The notes under the pieces were generated by a model. That model was given only the letters and a program-made list of their open reading frames with translations. It was not told the origin of the DNA and did not search any database. Made by a program: the position numbers and the translations under genes. Below are positions 13,301 to 26,000 of a stretch of DNA of 64,000 nt, piece by piece. Every line of letters begins with the position of its first letter. Within the stretch, counting starts at the first letter, position 1. Source of the DNA: Lingula anatina (lineage: Eukaryota > Animalia > Brachiopoda); the NCBI GenBank assembly GCA_051362555.1, contig CM120640.1, positions 20,088,001-20,152,000 of the forward strand, in the 5' to 3' direction.

Positions 13301-16300
13301 TGACTTCTTTATTAGCATATATTGTAGATGTCCAGAACATGTGTATATATCAGAATTGAAGTTTTAGAAAATAATTATACATTATCATTAATGTTTTTGA
13401 ATTTACACTTTTCCCTTCTGTGTTCCAGATGGTATATTTGCAGCACAATATTTTTAAAATGAAATTTGGCATAGCTTATTATCTCTACTTGAACCCCATT
13501 TTTCTCTTAGGTCAATGTCAATGGATTGCTGAGCTTCCAGAACCCCTTCACCAGTTTTACTCCAACTGCTCTTCCCCTGAGAGGGACAGCAGCTCAGTTT
13601 GGACTGATAGCTGCTCACTGGATAGACCTGGATTCACGAGACTCTAGCGTTAGTGGAGCTAAGATCTGCTCCCACACATGTGACTATGAAAAAGATTATA
13701 GCTATCTGAATGTGTCTGGGCCACCTGGGAGAAGGTATGTGTTATTATCTCTGACCACTGTTGTGATCCTGGTATTAAATATGACCTGACCATGAACATT
13801 TTATGGAGACTCATTGCAATATTGTCACTACCAGACAGGAAAAAATAAACAGACAGTTATCCCCAGATCATCCCTCTCATGGGTGATAAAATAACTGGGG
13901 TTTGCCTATATTATAATTGCATACTATTTGCCTTCTATCAACCTTTCATAACAAACTTGTTATTAACAAAATAATACAATTAATATAATAAGTACCAAGT
14001 GAAGCCCAGCTTTGGATTGACAGTTTTTTTTAATATCATACTTAGGTTTGAATAAGGCTAATAACATTTTAGAAAAAATTAAAAAGACTGATATCATTTT
14101 TCTTTTGCAGTGTTAATTAAGATGTCAATACTTTAGTATAAGAACATTATCTACATATTTTAATTATTTTTTACTTTACATTAGGCAAAGACCAAATCAT
14201 TGTAGAGTACTTAATCAAACTATGTATCATGTGAGAAGATATGGAGGGCTGCCTGCTTTCAATCCTCTGTGGGCAATGGCTGTAACATGGTTCCGCTTGC
14301 CACCTTATAGTCCAAACAAAGCTTACATCGGGAAAGAGGTATGTTCTTATTGTCCCACCAGTGTAGAACTAAAGGTGCTAATGATTTACCTTCGTATCTT
14401 ACTAAAGCTTGTAACAGAAGAAAAATACAACAAGTGAAAATAATACATAGATTTTTTAAAGAAAAGACTTTTTAATCTTTTCTTCTACTTGAAGGAAACC
14501 ACATTCCAAGCAGTTCTGACCACAGATGGTGTTCAATCCTTTGTGATCTACCAATATCCTAGAGAATACTTGGCTCTGAATGAGACATCAGACTATCGCA
14601 GGGGAGAGATTGGATACACTGCTGGAGATGATCAGTGGTATTACAATGCCTTCCCATCTGGCACCATTGATCAGGGAAGCTTTACTGTGGACAAAATCAA
14701 AGGAAATACAGGTGCGTCTTTTGCAATTTGAATCCAGAATCCACAAATTGTCAAACAGATTGCCCTCACCCCTCCACAAGTTAAGGTGGTCATGCATTGT
14801 CTTTCAATTTCAAGTTATCTTATGTTATTTTAGCTGATGCACAGAGAGACAGACATAGAAGTAGAGACAGAAATCTTAATTAAAAAAGGCCTGTACAATC
14901 AAAACTTGATTTTTTCAGGGAGGAATGGACTATGGGTGCTGCAGGTCAATGCTCCCCTGAATTCCTTACCAAATTATGAGCAACTCTGCCTGGATTGGGT
15001 GGTGCAACAGCAGATACAGGGGGCCCAGAATACTTACCAAAGAGTGGATCCATTCCTGCCACACTGTCCCTGCACCTGGACTCAGGCTGTTTTTGACAGG
15101 AGATTTAGGCTGTTGGGAATAGATCTCTCCAGTGAGTGAAAAGCCAGTCATTAAGGGCTTTCTTTTGTCACTTGTTTGTTTTTTTTCTTCTTATTTTTTC
15201 AAAATTTAAGCCAGGTAACTGCTTGTGAATGACCAATACCTTATTTTACCTTATTGTACTACATGTATATCTTGAAAATATAAAAGATCATTGATACAAG
15301 TGAAATAATTTATATTGGTGCATTCTTATCCAGATGGTTAATTTTTTTTCAGATAATGTGTTTAGATTTAACTTGAGATTCCCCAGGGCTTTGGAATCTT
15401 ATATATTTGGAAGGGTAAGTGCATTATAACTTTTTGTGCTGGTGTTGATTAAGGTAGTATTGTATTTTATAAATCGGTCTAGATCTATAGGAAATCAAAT
15501 ATAATAAAATATGCTTAGAAAAAGAAATGATTCACATTACTACTATATTTTTTCAAACCCCCACTTCATTTGAAGTTCACAGTAATTTGAATATAAATTA
15601 TACATTTGTATTTATACATTTGGGCACTTTTTTAAAAAAAACATAGCTGCAGTAGCATGTTCACTTGCTTAACACACTGCTACCTTGGTAACAAGTACCT
15701 TCGGCAAATCATCTTCTTATGTTTATATTATATATTTTTAAAGTATCTTTTGAAAGAATCTTCCTCTGCAAATATTTATATTGTCTTTGTTTTGTAGGAA
15801 TGTGTCTATGAAATAGATACTGGAGCATTACTGACCAGGGCAGAGTATCACACTGGCAGTTTCCAGTTTTACCATGAAGCCTTTTCTGCTGTGGTTCAGG
15901 CTCTCCATCTGAAGACAGAGGCTATACAGAAAGAGTATTGCTGCCAGAAGTCACAGAACTGTGAGCAGTATTTCACCTACAGACCAGCTGACACATGTGC
16001 TGGGTACCTCCAACCTACACTAGGTAAATTAAACCTCCAACATTAGCATATATTTCAAAGTCTCAATCTTTGTATATTTCAAAAATTATTTTGATTGATA
16101 ATTCAGAATGAAAAGGAAATATTGAACAAATAACCCATTTTTTTCAAAATATTTTATGAACATTTTTTGGACTTTTGACATAGATGTATCATATCAACAT
16201 ATACACAAAGAATTTATAAATATATATATGAAGAATTTAATTTTGGGGGAAAATCTATTTAGGCACCCTCTTTGGTGACCCACATCTGATCACCCTGGAC

Positions 16301-19300
16301 AGTCTGCCATACACATTCAATGGTAGGGGAGAATACACCCTTATACGCACAACAAACGACAGCTTTACTCTGCAAGCCCGCACAGAACCTGCTCTTGCGG
16401 CAGATGGCAGTTTCCTAAATGCAACAGTATTTACAGCATTTGCTGCTAAGGATGGAAATTCTGAGAGCAGGCTACATGTACAACTGTCAGAAAACAGACA
16501 AGGTGATTTTTTTCTTTTTATATCATTCAATCAGTAATTTTAGTATATGAATGTTTCTTTGCACTATGGGCTTGGTGTCACCATGTCTAAGCATTAGGAC
16601 TGATGCCAATCAAACTGGCAGCTTGAATTTGAAGTTTAATATTTTACCATGATCATAGTCTGTGTGTTGATGTCATGATATTATATACCACCAGTTAAAT
16701 TTTTTTGCTGCCTTTTTAAAATATTTTTCTGTTTTGATATTTTTTTCAGAATTGGACATATATAGAAATGATGCACAAATAACCAGTATATTATTGAATT
16801 CTGCAAACCAGAATTACTTCAGCTATGACGACCTAGACATAGAATATAACATGACCACTAAGGCATTGCTTGCCACTTTTGCATCAGGTATGTAGTATTT
16901 CAATAGTGTAGTGTATATACACATATTGTGATTTCAGACATTTGCTTTGAAACCCTCGATAATATTTTGGTTAATGACATACTTTTAAGTAAGTAAAGTT
17001 CCCCCAAGATGTTGGCTTTTGCATTCATTTTCAGTAAAAAAATTTAAATGATATTTTTTTTACATAAGCTATTAAATTTTAATATTATTATGGCAAACAG
17101 TTTATTCATTTTGAGTTTGGTGGCAACCTCTTTTTGTTTAATTAACTTCTTAAGAAAGTGTCATCATTGTCATCACTATTATTTCTCTCAGGACCTGTTT
17201 GAAGTTGAAACAGGTAAATATATATTTTTTATTTTACAGGATTTTCTTTGAACATCACAGTAGGCAAGGCACTGCTGAAACTTATTGTTGAAGTTCCAGC
17301 AGAATTTGAAAACAAAACACGAGGTCTGCTTGGAGTGTTTAATGGTGACCAAAGTGATGACTTCACATTACCAAATGGAACAGTCTTGAATCTGAATAAC
17401 TCTGATGAGGAAGCCATATTTTACCAGTTTGGGCAAAACTGTAAGCTTGTTGTTGTTGTTTTTTTGTTTTGTTTTTTTGTTTGTTTTTTTTTTGTTTTTT
17501 TTCTTTCTTTTGATTGATTATGTATATTATATATTCAATAATCCATTTCCATAAAAATCTATTTACAGTTTCAGAAAATTGTCCAGTTATGCCAATATTT
17601 TCAAAAGAGTTGTATGACAGTGCACTTTAATTGTTTTTGCTTGTTGACTGACAGCAACGTCATTAGTTGAGAATCAGCTAGTGTGAGCTTTTATTGATTT
17701 TTTCACATTTTGCAGGGCAAATTCCACTTAACACAAATGAATCACTTCTCCACTATGCCTCTGGGCTTGGGCCTGCAAATTTTTCATACCCAGACTTTAT
17801 TCCCATATTTGGGACCACCTCTATAGCTGTCTTTGACAACCAGACGCTGAAGTTGGTGGAAGATATATGTGGTGACAGCAAAGAGTGCCAGTACGATTAC
17901 CTTGTGACCAAGGATGAAGAGCTGGCAAACGATACATCTTTAGATTCTGCTGAGAGTTCAAAGTTGACTATTGCCATCAGTGAGTATAAATCATTGAAAT
18001 GGTGACAAGCTATGATTAATAGTGGTGTTAATATTTTTTGTAACAATTGCAAGGACTGTGTTATAATAAAGTTATTTATATTTCAACAATCAAGCATCTT
18101 TTTGCAATCTTAACACTTCCTAAGTTTTAACGTATGGTTTAAGTAGCTTACTCAAAGTACACACACTGCAAAATATATATGTGATACTGTATAAGGTGAT
18201 TGAAATATTGGAAATACTGTAAGAATTATTTTAACACATCATTCAATGAAATCCTTTATCAGTTTGCAATTATAAATGAAACACTTTTTTCACTCCAGAA
18301 AATAATATCCCAGAAATAGTAGGCCAAAAAGAGCTTAACATCACTTTGGGTGTCAACACCACATTTAGCCTCAATGTCACTGACCTTGACGGTGACACTG
18401 TCCAGTTGACAGAAATGCCAGGGGGACAGTCGTACACTGTGACATCTGGACAGGGCCCAGTGATCATCACACTGGTACCTGACAACACAACTGATTATGC
18501 CAATTATCAGTAAGGGCAAATTTAAGAATTGATGTTAATTTATTCCAAGATCTCAAAAAGTGATAATTACATATGAAGTACTATTAATTTTTTAATAATT
18601 TATAATAGCTGCGGTCACTGTTATGTAGCCTCTCCTTCAGTGCATGCATTCATGCATGCTCACACACATGCACACATGCCCGCACCCACACACTATGTAC
18701 AATTAACAGACATTCTATTGCTTTTTATATGTCGTTTTTACTAGAAAATAATGGGTTATTTTTTTAAGAAAAGAGAAGTGTGGCTGTGCCATTAAAATCC
18801 ATCTACACTGGAAAGGATTACAAATAATGTGGTGAGAAAGAGAAAATTTGTAGATAATTTATTATCTTCATCATTGCAGCTTTAATGCGAGTGATGGCAA
18901 AGGAGGCGTGTCAGCACTGTGGAAGTCAGTCAACCTGTGCTATGGCTGCTCTGGAAGAGGCAGCTGCAACTTCCAAGACCCATTAGTAGCCATAAACAAC
19001 TTCAAAAGAGCATCTTGCACGTGTAACCAAGGTTACTCAGGTTAGGATGTTACTGATTGCTTGTTGGTACTGTCGTTTTTTTACAGGATTTGCAAAGCTG
19101 TTTTAAAAAACATCACATACTGAGTATTGAATCATACTGTGTATTATAAATAAATAAAATGAATGTTATAATATTTTTGCAAACATTTGTTGAATTTTGA
19201 ATGTGTGTATGTGTGCCAATGTGCAATTGTTAAGTTAAAGAATCTTACTGGTATGTTTAGTGTACACAAGATTAAATTTATGGTGCTCAAGACCAGGTAC

Positions 19301-22300
19301 TGAAATCAAAACTGTTACATGTATCAAATAAATGAGTTAGGCATCCTCCAGCATGTCTCAAATAAAGATCTTTTGAATTTCCATTTTTCCCAACATCTTT
19401 GCAGGAGACAATTGTGAAACCATCACAGACTGGTGTGGTCTACTGACCCCATGTCCAACAGCATCACTGGGCTGCACCAACTTGGCTCCTGCCCTGCAAA
19501 CAACAAGAAACAGGTACCAGTGTGCCAGCTGTGTGGATGGATATCAGCTGGATGGGGACAAATGCTCAGGTAATGAATGGAGACTTAAGTGTTTACCTGG
19601 AAGTTATGTTTAGATGGGCTTACGATAAAACTAGAACTTTTTACAGTGCTAATTGCAAAGACTGTGGCTTTGTGGTGCTGATTGCAGTTTATGATGTGGA
19701 GAAACAACACCTTAGATTTATATTTGATGTGTAAGGGTTGTGGAGATGATGGCATTTAGCCATATCAATAGGAGATTATATTCTTAAACTATTACATGAA
19801 GAAAGTATAAGGAAATCACCAAAAAAAATGTTGAAAAAGGGATGAGCCATCCACCATTAGGAAACCACTTTGCAAAAGTAGCTATTTTTTAAAACTGTTG
19901 ACCTCTACTGGGTAAGTGAAGAAGAAGCATACCAAAATAATGTGGCATGTCATACTTCAGGTAGGTCTGAAGCAGTTTGGAGTCAGATGGCTGACCACTG
20001 GGACAATAGTTAAAGACAAAGTAATGTGGAGAGATTGTTCTGCCATTGTTGCAAGGGTAAATGATAATGATAATAATGTTGGTAAGAATAAAGGGTCATG
20101 AAGTCCCCTGTATATTGTATATTACAGATATTGATGAATGCCTGAACAGCACCACCAACAACTGCAGCTTGCCACTGTCTCGTTGTATTAATACCCTGGG
20201 AAGCTACAGGTGTGAGTGTGTGGCAGGTGGATATAGGCAGGCTAGTCCTGGCAGTCCACAGCCATGTGAAGGTAATGATTTGGTGTATTTTATTCCTCTT
20301 GAAGTGTTCCTTTTTATGTAACGTATCATAGTGATTTCGGGTATTGTTTACCTTTAAGGTTGTTAAAGTAAATTTAATGTAAACATTTTACTGTGCCACT
20401 TAGAAGAACCACTTAACACAATGTAAAGAACTAATTCCTATGCTTAACTTTAACTGAGGTAGCAACAGTTCTAAAATTCTGAAAGCTGAGAGAGTAATAT
20501 TATTGAGAGTTTCAGTGTTATTCTATCATTGAACTTTGAGACCCATTTTACAAATAATAATAATAATAATAATTATAATAATAATAAAATCAGTAAACCG
20601 GCCCTTCACTTCCTCCTAAAAATAAACTTACTCCTGAGAACTTATCTGTTGCAGACATTGATGAGTGTGCAGAGGGTGTGGCACTGTGCAATCAGCTGTG
20701 TGTGAACACTGAGGGAAGTTATGAATGTAACTGCAGAGAAGGATATCAGTTGAAGAATGGCACTAACAACACATGTGAAGGTAAAGTCACTTTGCAGGAA
20801 AAAATCTTGAACTTTGTTCATGGGGTACCCTTGTTGTGCAACAGGGCTCAGTGCAATACGTATATTAAAAGCTATGTTGACTTTTTTGTAAAGAAAAAAA
20901 TAAACTTTGTTTTGCATTTTGAATGATGGTAATTTATGGTTTTTAATTGTGCCTTTTTACATTCCAGCACTTCCAACGACCCAAGATGTTTGTCAGCAAA
21001 TCAACTGTAGCTATGCATGTGCAGTTGGTGCCAGTGGGCAGCCATATTGCTTTTGTCAACCTGGGTACCAACTGATTGAAGACACCAGATGTATAGGCAA
21101 GTTTTATGTTCTTTCAGTGAATTAAAAAACAGTATATCTATAATAAGGGATAATTAAAGTATATGGAATCCTCTGTAGAAAGACAGTGTTGTGTTTATAG
21201 TTATTAGGGAGAGGGGATACTCAAAATATTGTGAGTTAAGCAGCATTAAGAGTTTCAGAGCATATTGCATTATGACTTTCATAGGCTTTGAAACTCTGTG
21301 TCTGTTGCAAGAATTAGTAGGCATTAAAAAAGAAACCAAAATATTTATTTTAAAGATCATACACTACTAAAACTCTACCTAGTGTAACATCATTATTATG
21401 ATCTTTCAGACATCAATGAGTGTGCCAATGCCAGTCTCAACAAATGCAGCCAAAATGGGAGATGTAAAAACACTGGTGGTGGATATCTGTGTGAATGTGA
21501 AGCTGGGTATAAGTTGGCTAATGATGAAAGGACATGCACAGGTATGAAAGATAATGTAGATTTTATATTTTATAGTATAGTTTATGAATATTGAATTCTA
21601 ATTTGGTATTTTCTTGGCACTGGAATTGTTAATTTATCAATATGAATAATAAAATGAATGAATATTAAAGATAATGTTAAAAATAACTCTCACCACTTTG
21701 AATCAAAACTGAATTTTTCTTATTTGGCCAGATATGTATAATTTCATACATTCATGAAACTGTGCTTTTGAAGTAGTTTTTTTTTTTTTCGATTAACCCA
21801 AACATTGTTATAGTATTATTACACATCTTTACACATATGTTTGCTGATTCCAGTATGCAAAGACCTTACATATGGAGTCAACTGCAGTAACTTCTGTGAC
21901 TGTGGCGCCAGGTCCTCAGGATGTAATGCTACTTTGGGCTGCTACCCGTGTTACCCAGGCTGGACAGGAGTGAACTGTGCTACAGACATAGATGAGTGTG
22001 GCTCTGACCCTAATATATGTGGTGCTGGGGGTACCTGTAGTAATACACAGGGATCCTATGTATGTCAGTGTAATAGTGGCTACACCAAGAGTGACGATGG
22101 GACAAGCTGTATTGGTAAGTTAAAGATAGGGTGGGCTGGGGTTATTCTTTGAATGGCATAGTAGGTGTGGCTACACCAAGAATGATGATGGGACATGCTG
22201 TATTGGTAAGTTAAAGGCTGGGTGGGGTTATACCTTGAATGGCAAGTTTGATGGAACATTGCATCTTAGTAATAGAATGGAATAGAAATACACGTGTATC

Positions 22301-22992
22301 TTCAATGAGGGGGGGTTATGCCAGAGTTATGGCATTCCTTTTTTTAAAGGTAAATGTTACTCCTAAAAAGATATTGTTTATACAGATATTAAATTTGTTT
22401 TTTTCCCCATTAAACAAAATATTTTGTTTACTTAAGTTATGCAAAACTTAAGATAATAACATTTGTTTTTCCATTTCTTTCAGACAAAGATGAATGTCAT
22501 CTTGGTGAGAGTCAGTGTAATCAGCTGTGTATCAATACCAATGGAAGCTACACCTGTGGTTGTGAGGAAGGATATGCTTTGGAAAGCCAGAATCAGTTCA
22601 ATTGTTCAGGTAAATTAACCAGAGACATATTTGCAAATATTTAGTGAAAAATCAATCTGTGTTATGTGTTAATATTATGCTGACAACATTAAGCAAAAAA
22701 ATTAGTTAATGGACTTTTGATTCTTTGTCATCTATGATGATAATTACTATGTATTACATGGCACATTTCACTTGAATATGTAGCAAAAGTCTTTTATTCC
22801 ACAATTATCTGTTCGTACATGAAAAAATGATAGAAAATATTATCTGGATTTATTTAGATATTGATGAGTGTGTTCTGGGCACCCACAAGTGTGAGCAGAT
22901 ATGTAACAACATCAATGGTGGCTATGGTTGTGCCTGCTTCTCTGGATTCACTCTAAGCCTCATTGATGGGAGATCTTGTAACAAAGGTATTG

Positions 22993-23027
<35 letters not shown>

Positions 23028-26000
23028 TGATGATTTGCTATTCAAGTAGACATATTTTATTGTTAAAGGAATAGTGAACACTATTTTAAGGTCTTTTATG
23101 GTCTGTATATCTTTCTATTATTTTATATAACCTGTACTGATGCCCAAAGAAACATTTAATCTCTTAATAAAATGACCCTCTGCAAAAATGACTTTCCATT
23201 TAAAGTTTAGTTAGAAGTAATGCATTTATCATTCACACTGATAAAGCAAAGGAAAAAAAGTGTCATCGCCGTTTAAGGAAAATATTGCATGTTGGTCTTT
23301 ATATATGGGTAGTCATTTGGGTTTTAGTTGAAAAAGATTATTGTTTATATATTCTAAATATCTACTTTAGATTATTTTGTTGATGTTGGGATATGTTTGA
23401 TTTCTGTAGACAATTCAACATTATCCTGTGGTGGCCTACAGTGTAGTGAAGGATGCATTCTTCTTGACGGAAATTATACTTGCATCTGTCCACTTGGCTA
23501 TGAACTAGCAAATGACTCAATAAGTTGCCAAGGTAAGTGGGCTGTGGTATAGATGGAGTCACTCACTTAAATTGCAACCTGTGCTATGTACTGCCACATT
23601 GCTATGATATAAGACAGCATTATACTTATTTTTTAAAATTCTGTGTGATATTCTGTACTGAAAAGCTATTTTTCACAATAAATACATTTACATGTCAATA
23701 ATTGGAACATAGATTTTGAATGATCGAGTTGTAGAAATCATACCTAAAATACCAATCATTTCAGATATTGATGAATGTCAAAGCAATACCTTGAACAGGT
23801 GTGACACACGAGCAGATTGCGTCAACAGTGATGGCTCGTACTTGTGTGACTGCAGCAAGGCCGGAGGATATGTACTTGATCCATATGATCTGAGAACATG
23901 TCGAGGTAAAACATCCTACCCTTCAGTTTGAGATGCCAAAGAAAAATATTTTAACGCTATTGTAAAATGTTGTCAGTGAAAGCATCAGTTGATTTAGTTT
24001 TGAAAAATTTTAATTGTTTTATATATAAATAGCATCTTATTAGCCTCTTGATTAAAATAAGCAATATAAAGTGAAACAACAGTGTTTTCAAAGAGTATCA
24101 TATACATGACTGTATAAGCAAGGAAATTAAGTTTTGAAAATTTTTAAAATGCATGAATTCTGTCTAACTTTCAGATGTAAATGAATGCTTGGATGGGAGC
24201 AATAACTGTGATAAGAATGCAGCATGCACCAATGACATAGGAAATTACAGCTGCTCTTGTAATATTGGCTTCACTGGGAATGGGACGACATGTTCTGACA
24301 TTGATGAATGCTCAACATCTGATCCTTGTCATTCAAATGCAACCTGTTCCAATAATGAAGGCTCTTACACATGTGCGTGCAACCCTGGATTTGATGGGGA
24401 TGGAGTTAACAGTTGTGTTGATGTTGATGAGTGTTCAACTTCATTACCCTGTGATGTCAATGCTGTTTGCTCAAATGTTCAAGGATCCTATACTTGTACT
24501 TGTGATACAGGATATACTGGCGATGGAAATACAACATGTAGTGATATAGATGAGTGTGTTGCTGATGCTTCTGTTTGTGCTTCTGCTGAAACATGTTATA
24601 ACACGGAGGGATCATTTTATTGTACTTGCGAGTCAGGCTATCGACGTGAAGCAGTCAACAGCATGTGTGTGGATATCAATGAATGTTCTAAAGATCCAGG
24701 TATCTGCAGCCAGTTTGCAAATTGCACAAACACAGAAGGCTCATACAGATGTGTTTGCAATGAACAATATGTGGGAGATGGAATTACCTGCAAACTGGCA
24801 GTGCTCATCTCTGGTAAGTTTTCTTAAGATTGGTACTTTGAAATGTCTTGTACATGTATGTAGTGGCAATACTAGTGGACATGAATATTTGAGGTGGACC
24901 AATTACATGGAATTCAAACAAAACTCAGAACAAAAATTCCCTCATACATTTGTGCTGCAATGTTGTTAACTTATGGTGTCCAATATTTTGCAATCATCTA
25001 AGCCTTTTGCTAACATAGTCATCATTGGTACCATATGTATATGAGGCAACTTTCAACATTAAAAAGTGTATATATAGCATTCTGATAATTTCTTAGATTG
25101 ATTACTTATGATCTATGGAACAAGTACTTTCAATATGTCATGAAACTATGAAATTACAAAATGTTTGTTTTTCACCAGTGAGAATATCTTTTGATGTGCC
25201 ATATCTACCAGAATACAATGACATTAGCTCCCAAGAGTACAGAATTTTGTTGACTGCTGTAAGTATGAGATGATACTATAAAAAGTTCCCTGTCATAGCA
25301 GTGATATTTATTTTTACATGTTACCATTAATTAAACCAGATAATGAATATTATCATGGCAATGTTTGTCAATTTTCTACAAAAAAATCGGTACCTGGAAT
25401 TAGACAGTTATCTCCATCCATTCTCAGTTATCTTTATAATTTAATGTTTTATCTCAGTTGAGAAATGATATAGTTTGATTTATTGTATTGTTATATTCTT
25501 TATACATGTACATTAATTTTTTTAACATGTTTATTAGTTTATGATCATAATAACAATTAGTGTACATATATGGAGATGGCAAATCGCTAAAAGCATTATA
25601 TGCTCATCTAAGGTAACTTTAAAATGTAACTAATTAGCTAATAATTGTATATTCGTTATAGAAAAAAAGGTTGTATTATAATGGAACTGGATAATACTTT
25701 TTAAAAAAGTTGGTAAAAGGGGAGTTGGTACCTTAATACGGTTGTTCATTCCAGGTAAAACTATTCTTTAGCAGTTTGGCTGGAAATGAAGAAGTTATGA
25801 TATCATCAGTCAGGTAATTTCTGTATTGGTTGATATATCTCCAGAGATATTTCTTAAATGTGAAATTTTATGTCTTGCAAAATACATTGAATTTTCAAAA
25901 AAAATGTAAGCCTTTGAGAATAGCATAATGTTGTGATTATCATCCACTGATTGGTTATATATTCTTTTAGTCATAAAACTACTGCCTGTTGTGAAAAAAT

